A stretch of 34,562 nucleotides of DNA from Candidatus Woesearchaeota archaeon (GCA_965603615.1 CBFDDQ010000002.1:1-34562); one strand, 5' to 3'. Shown: positions 8,546 through 15,915, numbered from the stretch's first letter. Notes: a model not told the origin generated them from the letters alone. Translations and numbers: made by a program.

Positions 8546-11500
8546 TTAAGAAATATTAAATTTTTTCAAAACTTCCTTTGAATCTTTATAATAAGAGTTT
8601 ATAACATCATAAACTTCTTTAAAACCAAAAATTTTCTTCTGATATAAAGTCATTAACAATTTAGTTCTCATCTTAAATTCATTAAATAATTCCTGTTGGG
8701 ACATACCGCTCTTTGCTACCAACTTTTTTAAAACATAACTGTCAAGCTTAAAATAAAACTTGTCTGTTCTAGGATCCCACATAAAAGGCATATTTGTTTG
8801 CAAACTTCCAGGCTGCTCACCAATTTTAATAATTTCTGTAATTTGTTTTACTCTTCTGATTGGTTTTTTTCTCATCTTAGCCTGAGTCATAACAATAACA
8901 GCATCAAGACTTTCAACCAAAGCAGGAGATAAATTAATAGGAGGAGTTTCTAATCTTCTGACCATAGTCTCAACATCCTCAGCATGCATTGTTCCATATG
9001 AAGGATGTCCACTTGACATACCCTGGAATAAAACATAAGCTTCTTTGCCTCTAATTTCACCGACAATAACATAATCAGGTCTCTGCCTAAAACTTGCTTT
9101 TAACAAATCAAACAAACTTATCTCACCATAACCTTCCTTAGCACCCATACCCAAGCCTTTTCTTGCTACACTTGGCAGCCAGTTTTCATGCATCAATGCT
9201 AATTCTTTTGTGTTATGAACAAAAATATTATTACACAAGAATTTTTCATATTTTGGAATACTTAAATCAAATACCTCAATTTCATTAGAACTAATTTTCT
9301 TAACTTTCTTAACTTTATCCCACAAAATATCTGTATGTGAAACATCATTAAATTCTGAACCAACAGGGGCAATTCTTTGTAAATAAGGTCTTCCAATATT
9401 ATTAAAGCCATTTAAATAACCCCAATCTAATTTTGTATTTGAAATTTCATTTAATTTATGCATTTTAGACACACTTAAAGGAATAACATCAGAGCAGGAA
9501 TGATGTGCTTTTTTATTTAACAAATTTAATTTATCATTTTTTCTTTTTTGCAAAAAGTTTATTTCTTTAAATCTGTTTATATTTTCAAAACTAGACACAG
9601 ACATACTAATGCATTTATCTTTTCTTTTAGAATCATTTATTCTAGATATAATATTTAATCTCAAAAACAAAGATTGTAAATCTTGTAATAATTCATAACT
9701 CTGGGATGTGCAGGAAACTTCATATTTCAAAACTGTTCCGTCTGCACTAAAATACCCTCTAAGAAAATGTTTAATTTGTTCATTAGAAAGGTTAAACATA
9801 AAATTTGGTATCTTCTTTGTACTAGAGTACCCATCAAACTTTAAAACTTTTTTCATAAATTTGTAAAAAACAGTGCTATGAAGTCTTAAAGAAACACCAC
9901 CATCATTCATTTCAGAATAACCACAATTTAAATACCTGGAAATTTTTCTAAATATTTCTCTGCATTCATTATCTGAATTAGATAAAATTACAGAATTCTT
10001 ATTATAATTATCATAACTTCCATCCCCCACCCATAATCCACAAAACTCTAAAAATTCTTTGTCAATTTTAAACAAGCAAGGAATAGAAGAAGTATTTTTA
10101 CTTTTTATCCTCAATTTTTTTAACTCATTATAAGAAAATTTAATATCCAATTTTAAAAATTCTTCAATATTTATTAAATTATATCTCTTCCACCATCTAT
10201 ATCTTTCTTTTGCAACACCTAATTGTTTATAAGAATAATTTTCAAATATTTTACTAACAGGCTCTCCAACTAAGAAATCTTTTTTAAAATGATGTAAATG
10301 TTTAATAAGATCTATTTCTTTAACTTCTTGTCCGCAAATAGGGAGAGCTCTTGGAACAGCTATAAAGGATTTATTTTCTTTTAAGTCAGTTGGTTTTACT
10401 TCTTTTAATAAAGCATCATCCCCTAATGAAAAAAGAGAATGGTCTTTAGTAACTTTTATTTTCCTTCCAGTAGAGGTTACAACCTCATAAATATCTTTTT
10501 TAACAGCATGTTTAATATAATCAGAAGGTTTAACAAAAATTATTTTGCCTTTTTTATTAATAGTCATTACCTTAGCATTTATTCTATTATCAACAAAATC
10601 TTTTATAGTAACATTACTAATTTTTCCATTTTTATTTATTATTATTCTAGAATCCCCTGTAACACTGTCTTCAATACTTACAACTCTTGCAGCAGGAGGT
10701 ATAAAAAAAGCTAAAACATTTAGCAAAGTAGTTTTTCCAGAACCAGTCCCCCCAATAACAATCATATTAGACTCATGCTCAACAAGCATCCAAAGATAAG
10801 CTAACAGCTCAGGACTTGCAGTTTTAAATTCTATAAGTTTTATTGGGCTCCAAGGCTCTTTTGTAAATTTCCTGATAGTAAAAGTAGGACCTTTTGAACT
10901 AATCTCCTGCGTATATGTAGCATTAATTCTAGAGCCATCTGGCAGCGAACCATCTAATATAGGTGAAGCATAAGATATATATTTGCCGCACTTCTGAGCT
11001 AACTTCTCAACAAAACTTGTCAAGCCCTTTTCATCTCTATAAATAACATTGGTTCTCAAATTTCTATACTTTCTGTGAACTATATATATTGGTGAATTCA
11101 GACCATTGCACTCTATATCTTCTATATAATAATCATTCATCAAAGACTCTATCTTATTCAAGCCTACAAAATTTCTCCAGATATAATACATAATCTTGAC
11201 AAAAGTTTCCTTATTCACATTAATATTAAGTTCATTTAGCAGAATTTTAACATTCTTTTCTAAATACTCAATCACAGCCTCTTCTGTTTTCAAAGCTAAA
11301 AAACTCAGACTGATTAATTCCTCCAAGCCAGACTCTACTATTTTAAACAGCCTTATTTCTTTCTCATTTAACTCAGGCTCTAAAATTTCATATAATACTT
11401 CTTTCTTTTTTGCACTCCAGTGAATATGAACATCAACAAAAGGCTTGATTAAAGGATACTTAACATCAATCTCACTTTTGCTTTTAAAATCAGGAATTAC

Positions 11501-11629
11501 AGGAGTTTCTACTTTTTCAACCTTAAAAACCGTGCTAATTTTTAATTTTTTCTCAGTCTTAGCCTTTACAATTATTGTTTTCTTTTTTTCAAGTGTTTTT
11601 TTAGAATCTTTTTTTACCTCTTTTTTCAT
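8546..11629 (-). CDS. archaeal type II/IV secretion-family ATPase (FlaI/PilB/VirB11-like) interrupted by an intein
   Basis: Walker A GGTGSGKTT, Asp box SIED|..intein..|TKEL, Walker B RPDYVIVGEIRG, His box GHPSYGTMHA. 1027 aa in total, 542 aa after removal of the intein. Confidence 0.9.
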   Translation of the reverse strand: MKKEVKKDSKKTLEKKKTIIVKAKTEKKLKISTVFKVEKVETPVIPDFKSKSEIDVKYPLIKPFVDVHIHWSAKKKEVLYEILEPELNEKEIRLFKIVESGLEELISLSFLALKTEEAVIEYLEKNVKILLNELNINVNKETFVKIMYYIWRNFVGLNKIESLMNDYYIEDIECNGLNSPIYIVHRKYRNLRTNVIYRDEKGLTSFVEKLAQKCGKYISYASPILDGSLPDGSRINATYTQEISSKGPTFTIRKFTKEPWSPIKLIEFKTASPELLAYLWMLVEHESNMIVIGGTGSGKTTLLNVLAFFIPPAARVVSIEDSVTGDSRIIINKNGKISNVTIKDFVDNRINAKVMTINKKGKIIFVKPSDYIKHAVKKDIYEVVTSTGRKIKVTKDHSLFSLGDDALLKEVKPTDLKENKSFIAVPRALPICGQEVKEIDLIKHLHHFKKDFLVGEPVSKIFENYSYKQLGVAKERYRWWKRYNLINIEEFLKLDIKFSYNELKKLRIKSKNTSSIPCLFKIDKEFLEFCGLWVGDGSYDNYNKNSVILSNSDNECREIFRKISRYLNCGYSEMNDGGVSLRLHSTVFYKFMKKVLKFDGYSSTKKIPNFMFNLSNEQIKHFLRGYFSADGTVLKYEVSCTSQSYELLQDLQSLFLRLNIISRINDSKRKDKCISMSVSSFENINRFKEINFLQKRKNDKLNLLNKKAHHSCSDVIPLSVSKMHKLNEISNTKLDWGYLNGFNNIGRPYLQRIAPVGSEFNDVSHTDILWDKVKKVKKISSNEIEVFDLSIPKYEKFLCNNIFVHNTKELALMHENWLPSVARKGLGMGAKEGYGEISLFDLLKASFRQRPDYVIVGEIRGKEAYVLFQGMSSGHPSYGTMHAEDVETMVRRLETPPINLSPALVESLDAVIVMTQAKMRKKPIRRVKQITEIIKIGEQPGSLQTNMPFMWDPRTDKFYFKLDSYVLKKLVAKSGMSQQELFNEFKMRTKLLMTLYQKKIFGFKEVYDVINSYYKDSKEVLKKFNIS
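9212..10666 (-). mobile_element. 485-aa intein with LAGLIDADG homing-endonuclease domain
   Basis: Block A SVTGDSRIII (Ser1), block B KVTKDHSLF. Two LAGLIDADG motifs: LEFCGLWVGDGSY and LRGYFSADGTV. Block F/G VFDLSIPKYEKFLCNNIFVHN followed by Thr+1. Removal restores the family consensus IED-TxEL. Confidence 0.85.
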
Positions 11630-11937
11630 TTCTTAACATACCCCTTTATCTCAATCATATTTTGTTTTAAATCACCCATGTCTTGTTTTAAATCACTCAT
11701 ATCTTGTTTTAATTCACCCATATCTTCCTTTGCTCTATCAAAACTGTTTATTGTTTTAGTTTTAAATTCACCAAACTCCCTGTTAAGATTAAAAACTATA
11801 TTACTTAAAAAAATAAATAATCCAATCATTATAGTTAAATTAGTTGCAGAATGCCCAAATATTCTTGTAAGAATAAAATATACAGATAACAAAAATAAAA
11901 ATATCAACCATAAATCAAATAATCTAAACTTTCTCAT
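11626..11937 (-). CDS. small 2-TM membrane protein with C-terminal heptad repeats
   Basis: 103 aa. Two hydrophobic helices, then DMGELKQ DMSDLKQ DMGDLKQ. 4-nt overlap with the ATPase start. Paralogue of ORF 22659..22904. Confidence 0.6.
   Translation of the reverse strand: MRKFRLFDLWLIFLFLLSVYFILTRIFGHSATNLTIMIGLFIFLSNIVFNLNREFGEFKTKTINSFDRAKEDMGELKQDMSDLKQDMGDLKQNMIEIKGYVKK
11662..11724 (-). repeat. 3 x 21-bp tandem coding repeat
   Basis: ttgttttaaatcacccatgtc / ttgttttaaatcactcatatc / ttgttttaattcacccatatc, encoding the DM[GS][ED]LKQ heptads. Confidence 0.9.
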
Positions 11938-12107
11938 GGTAAAGGAAATCCCTCCTTTATTAATATCATAACTAACAATATTGTAAAAGTTATAATAACT
12001 ATCATCAAAAAATAATCATACCAATCTTTTTTTACCTCTTTTTTATCCAAATATATCACCAACTAGTTTAACTTAAAAATAGAATTTAAACTTATATAAT
12101 TTGCGGT

Positions 12108-12902
12108 TTAACTCACATAAATGCCAACAGTTACTTTTTCATTAGCTTTACCATCATTGCTTATAGCAATTAAATAACTTCCAACTAAAGGGCCTTTTAT
12201 TTTATTATTTTCAGTGTATTCAATATTTATTCCTTTATTACTATAATCTAATAATAAATTTACCATATACTCATCTACAACAAAAGTATCAAGCAAATAC
12301 ATCTCTACATCCCCTTCTCTTTGAATTAAATTAGTATCACTGCACTCATTATTTTCATCAATTTCATCTAAAGGGCAGGACTCCATCAGCATAGTTTCTG
12401 TCTTCATCTCCCATCTAACTTTATTAGTAGGATTAGTATCAAAAATTAATTTACCACCTTTTATTATAACAGGATCTAATACTCTCCTGCTTCCAGGACC
12501 TTCAGTAACAACAGTAGATATAGCATCAGATACAGCATGCATCATTGTCTTTGATTCTATAACAGTATTTCTCTCTTTCATCCTGTTAAGCATAGGTAAT
12601 CCAGCTCCTAAAATCACTGTCATAGCTACCAAACTTAAAGATATATACAAAACAGTAGAAACCCATATCTGTCCTTTTTTCCTTTTAGGTTTCTTAGGCT
12701 CAAAAAAGAATTTTAATGCACTAACAATCAAGCCAAGAATTATTCCTATCGGAACAAAAATCAAAACAATCACAGGATAAGTTTTTAAAACACTAAAAAT
12801 CTCAGCAGTAGCACTTGTTTTAGCTAAAAAATAAACTATTGCTCCATAAATCAAACTAACTATACCAAAGCTTACTATTCCACCTATTTTCCATCCTTTC
12901 AT
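12108..12902 (-). CDS. pilin-like protein with an extra N-terminal 2-TM domain ahead of the class III motif
   Basis: 264 aa. Residues ~1-75 form two TM helices, followed by KRKKGQ-IWVSTVLYISLSLVAMTVILG (prepilin-like) and a ~170-aa soluble domain. There is no in-frame ATG/GTG/TTG just upstream of the KKG motif. Confidence 0.55.
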   Translation of the reverse strand: MKGWKIGGIVSFGIVSLIYGAIVYFLAKTSATAEIFSVLKTYPVIVLIFVPIGIILGLIVSALKFFFEPKKPKRKKGQIWVSTVLYISLSLVAMTVILGAGLPMLNRMKERNTVIESKTMMHAVSDAISTVVTEGPGSRRVLDPVIIKGGKLIFDTNPTNKVRWEMKTETMLMESCPLDEIDENNECSDTNLIQREGDVEMYLLDTFVVDEYMVNLLLDYSNKGINIEYTENNKIKGPLVGSYLIAISNDGKANEKVTVGIYVS

Positions 12903-12920
12903 TTTAAAAAAATAAAAAAA

Positions 12921-13391
12921 TTAACATTCATAATCTCTTGGAACATCTCCGCATGTTAAGTCCTTTCCGCCAGATGATATTGTAGCTATAGCTTCAACTC
13001 TTACTACATCAGTTCCATCACATACTATATCATCAAAAGTCACTATACCATAAGCACCAACTACAACAGTTTCATCTGTTCCAGGACTTATTATATTAGG
13101 ATTATCAATTGTTACATCAGCAAGTCCGCCACCAGGACCATACAATCTAAATATTAATTTTGTAATATCAACATTGCCTCTGTTATCAACCATAATCTTT
13201 CCATTATCTCCTTCTTTCAAATCAAAATTAAGCTCAGTAACACAATCAAATTGTCTTGTAGCTTCTGTAGTTTTCTCTTGTTGAGTTTTAATTGTCTTTG
13301 TCATCCATGGCATTATCAACAAAATCATTGCAATAACTATAGCAACTAATAAAACTGTACCAATCAAAGGACTTATACCTTTCTTATTCAT
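12921..13391 (-). CDS. archaeal type IV pilin
   Basis: MNKKG-ISPLIGTVLLVAIVIAMILLI matches the classic archaeal pilin N-terminus (G-ISP[LV]I[AG]T[VI]LL). Confidence 0.8.
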   Translation of the reverse strand: MNKKGISPLIGTVLLVAIVIAMILLIMPWMTKTIKTQQEKTTEATRQFDCVTELNFDLKEGDNGKIMVDNRGNVDITKLIFRLYGPGGGLADVTIDNPNIISPGTDETVVVGAYGIVTFDDIVCDGTDVVRVEAIATISSGGKDLTCGDVPRDYEC

Positions 13392-13402
13392 ATTTTAACC
13401 TC

Positions 13403-13840
13403 CTATATTCTAACTAATTTATTTTTACTTGAACATGGAATTGGTGGAGCTCCTATACCAGCTGGCCTAACTAAAGGTATAATATTAACCTGTGTAGGAG
13501 TGCCAGAAATTATATACCTATTAATATCAATAACAATCTGGTCATAAGAATTGAGCACACTATTATCCTGCCCTGAATCACCATTATCAAATTTTAATAT
13601 AAAACCATTTATTTTATTAGTTCCAGTATTTCTTATTGTAACTCCATCACTACTAACACCTAAAATTTCCATACCAACATTACTCTCACATTCTAATTTA
13701 ATAGCAGCCACTTCACCTTTTTTCTCCATTAATTCAGTAACATACTGCTTTCCCCAGAATAATATCACACTAGCTAGTATAACAACAAAACTAACTAACA
13801 AAACTGTAGCAATTAATGGACTTATTCCTTTCTTATTCAT
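13403..13840 (-). CDS. archaeal type IV pilin (paralogue of 12921..13391)
   Basis: MNKKG-ISPLIATVLLVSFVVILASV. I chose the Met at 13840, not the track start at 13861. This removes the overlap with the upstream gene and matches the MNKKG starts of the neighbours. Confidence 0.8.
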   Translation of the reverse strand: MNKKGISPLIATVLLVSFVVILASVILFWGKQYVTELMEKKGEVAAIKLECESNVGMEILGVSSDGVTIRNTGTNKINGFILKFDNGDSGQDNSVLNSYDQIVIDINRYIISGTPTQVNIIPLVRPAGIGAPPIPCSSKNKLVRI

Positions 13841-13841
13841 T

Positions 13842-14234
13842 TTAGATACAAATATTTTCATCTATTATCAAATCTCTATTTGGACAACCATATTCTTTTC
13901 CCTCTATTTTTATAAAAGGAATAACAGTAAGGGGTGTTTTTAAATTTATCGTTGCAGTTTCCTCATTAAGAGTTAATTCACTACCAATGTATTGGTTATT
14001 AGCCTTAAGTATAATTTTATAAGAACCAGTATTTTTTATCCCTGCAAAAACTTGCCCATTACAAATAGGAGCTATAGAAACTTCAGCACATCTCTGCTCT
14101 GCTTCAGATTTATCAAAACTTTTTTCAAATCTCCCTGACTGTCTTATCATCCAACCTCCAACCATTATACCTATTACAACTGTAAAACCAACTAGCAAAA
14201 CAAAAGCTACCATTTGACCTTGTCCTTTTTTCAT
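13842..14234 (-). CDS. pilin-like protein with class III signal
   Basis: MKKGQGQ-MVAFVLLVGFTVVIGIMVGG. 130 aa, 1-nt gaps to both neighbours. Confidence 0.65.
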   Translation of the reverse strand: MKKGQGQMVAFVLLVGFTVVIGIMVGGWMIRQSGRFEKSFDKSEAEQRCAEVSIAPICNGQVFAGIKNTGSYKIILKANNQYIGSELTLNEETATINLKTPLTVIPFIKIEGKEYGCPNRDLIIDENICI

Positions 14235-14235
14235 C

Positions 14236-14838
14236 TTAAATCACCTTCTCTCCTGTTACAAATTCTTCATTTAAATAAACTTTAGTTTGATTACCTTTTT
14301 CTTCCCTGCTTATTATTATTAACTGTGGAATATTTGGTTGTAAAATTAAAGAATATTCTATATCTCTAATTTTAATAGAATTTATTGTACCATTAACAAC
14401 TGTTGATTCTCTAGGTATAGCTATAGAAACTCCTGTATCTCCAACCTGCATACTAGCATCCATAGTAACAAGAGTAGCTCTAATTTCAGGTCTAAACTCA
14501 ACATCCTCAGTTTGTAAATAATACCCAACCAAAGGTATATCTTTATAATCTAAAACATAAACAAACTCAAATTCAGGATTTTCAACTTTCGCATACTCAG
14601 TAAAAGCATGAGTAAAACTTGTAAATTCACCCATAAGTTCTACCTCAGTTAAATCACTGTCTCCAGCTAACAATGTATTCATAAACTTACCGCTCTCAAC
14701 ATCAAAATTTTTGGAAATCTGCTCAAAATCATCTTCAAATAAAATTCTCTGAACAAAATTAGTTTGAGATATCAGCATAAACAAAGCTACACTTAAAATC
14801 AAAGCACCTATAATATAAACCTGTCCTTTTTTATTCAT
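14236..14838 (-). CDS. pilin-like protein with class III signal
   Basis: MNKKGQ-VYIIGALILSVALFMLIS. 200 aa, first gene of the pilin run. Confidence 0.65.
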   Translation of the reverse strand: MNKKGQVYIIGALILSVALFMLISQTNFVQRILFEDDFEQISKNFDVESGKFMNTLLAGDSDLTEVELMGEFTSFTHAFTEYAKVENPEFEFVYVLDYKDIPLVGYYLQTEDVEFRPEIRATLVTMDASMQVGDTGVSIAIPRESTVVNGTINSIKIRDIEYSLILQPNIPQLIIISREEKGNQTKVYLNEEFVTGEKVI

Positions 14839-14848
14839 AAAATAATTA

Positions 14849-15460
14849 TTATTTCTTTAATTTAAATAATTTCCTAATATCAATATAAACCTCATCTATA
14901 CTTCTCTCACCATCAATATCAATTAATAATCCATTCTTCTTGTAATAATTAATAACAGGCAAAGTCTCTCTCTTAAAAACTTTCAATCTTTCCCTAATTA
15001 CATCTTCTGTCTGGTCACTTCTAGAAACCAACTTCCCATTGCAAACATCACACTTATTTTCTTTCTTAGGTTTCTCAGTAATTATATTATAAATTTTCTT
15101 GCACTTATTACAAATTCTTCTGTTTAACATTCTTGTTATTATAACCTCATCAGAACAAACTAAATTTACAGCCTTGTCAACATCAACATTTATCTGCTTC
15201 ATAGTTCTTGGAAAGCCGTCAAAAACAACATCATCTTTTCCAGCCACTCTTTCATTTACAATCTCAAGTATAATTTCATCAGGGACTAACCCGCCTTTAC
15301 TCATAAATTTTTTAACTTTCAAACCCAACTCACTTTTATTACTAACTTCTTCTCTTAAAATATCACCAACAGAAATAACATCAACTTTAAAATTATTACC
15401 CAGTCTAGAAGCATAACTTCCCTTTCCACTTCCAGGAGGACCTAGTATCGTTAATCTCAT
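14849..15460 (-). CDS. adk: adenylate kinase, long bacterial-type with Cys4 Zn lid
   Basis: P-loop GPPGSGKGS, DGFPRT, lid CNKC...CDVC. The start is set at MRLTILG (15460) because the longer track ORF runs into the tRNA-Thr gene. Confidence 0.9.
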   Translation of the reverse strand: MRLTILGPPGSGKGSYASRLGNNFKVDVISVGDILREEVSNKSELGLKVKKFMSKGGLVPDEIILEIVNERVAGKDDVVFDGFPRTMKQINVDVDKAVNLVCSDEVIITRMLNRRICNKCKKIYNIITEKPKKENKCDVCNGKLVSRSDQTEDVIRERLKVFKRETLPVINYYKKNGLLIDIDGERSIDEVYIDIRKLFKLKK

Positions 15461-15470
15461 TTTCTCAAAA

Positions 15471-15543
15471 GCCTCGGGAGAGATTCGAACTCTCGACCGT
15501 TGCCTTACCATGGCAATACTCTACCAGACTGAGCCACCGAGGC
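15471..15543 (-). tRNA. tRNA-Thr (anticodon GGU)
   Basis: The reverse complement folds by hand. Acceptor GCCTCGG/CCGAGGC, D arm GCTC-AGTCTGGTA-GAGT, anticodon arm TTGCC-ATGGTAA-GGCAA, T arm GAGAG-TTCGAAT-CTCTC. No encoded CCA. Confidence 0.85.
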
Positions 15544-15556
15544 GATAAATATAAAT

Positions 15557-15698
15557 GCGAGGGACAGGGTTCGAACCTGCGTAGGCACTAAGCCACAGGA
15601 TTTCTTCAAGAAGGACTTAAGTTTGGCAAATTTCTTTCCTGCCCGTTAAGCCCAGGTCTTAAATACTAAAACCTGTTTGACCACTCCGGAACCCTCGC
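15557..15698 (-). tRNA. class II tRNA, best parse tRNA-Leu (UAA) with three introns
   Basis: Acceptor GCGAGGG/CCCTCGC, T arm GCAGG-TTCGAAC-CCTGT, long variable arm GGC-TTAGT-GCC. At 142 nt it is about 59 nt too long. Removing 15647..15676, 15623..15637 and 15602..15615 yields an 83-nt cloverleaf with anticodon loop CTTAAGA. No encoded CCA. Confidence 0.65.
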
Positions 15699-15726
15699 AT
15701 AATATAAAATTAGAAATAGTAATTTA

Positions 15727-15864
15727 TTAAACTTTCTCTTTCAATTTATCCTTATACTTGCTCTGGCACTTACTGCAAACCACTTTCTTCTTAACATAAC
15801 TTCCCTTTATTTTCCCTAAAAATAATTCTTCAACCTTCCCCTTGCATATAGCACACTTAACCAT
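15727..15864 (-). CDS. 45-aa Cys4 zinc-ribbon protein (below the ORF-track size cut-off)
   Basis: Hand translation: MVKCAICKGKVEELFLGKIKGSYVKKKVVCSKCQSKYKDKLKEKV. CxxC-N22-CxxC with ATG and TAA. It fills an otherwise empty gap. Confidence 0.5.
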   Translation of the reverse strand: MVKCAICKGKVEELFLGKIKGSYVKKKVVCSKCQSKYKDKLKEKV

Positions 15865-15885
15865 AAATTTACCAAAATAATCACA

Positions 15886-15894
15886 TTTATATAA
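15886..15894 (+). promoter_or_regulatory. candidate TATA box for ABCE1 (leaderless-type spacing)
   Basis: tttatataa centred ~26 nt upstream of the ATG at 15916, with no Shine-Dalgarno motif in between. Confidence 0.4.
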
Positions 15895-15915
15895 CTTACC
15901 ACTATAAACACAAAT

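Noticed and set aside
10439-10799. Plus-strand ORFs 10439..10714 and 10545..10799 (also 11196..11423 and 11445..11636)
   Set aside because: They are antisense to the ATPase/intein gene, with low-complexity translations and mutual overlap.
11662-11724. Tandem 21-bp repeats considered as a mini CRISPR-like or regulatory array
   Set aside because: There are only three contiguous copies with no spacers. They are in frame within ORF 11626..11937 and encode DM[GS][ED]LKQ heptads.
15461-15511. 17-codon N-terminal extension of adenylate kinase (MVRQRSRVRISPEAFEK)
   Set aside because: These codons are the reverse complement of the T arm and acceptor of tRNA-Thr (15471..15543). The kinase P-loop begins right after the internal Met at 15460.
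15604-15610. CTTGAAG read as a tRNA-Ser(UGA) anticodon loop in the long tRNA
   Set aside because: No 5-bp stems flank it (TCCTT versus AAATC are not complementary), and three extra nt would remain before the TCCTG strand. The CTTAAGA loop, obtained after removing BHB-framed introns, gives a complete cloverleaf instead.
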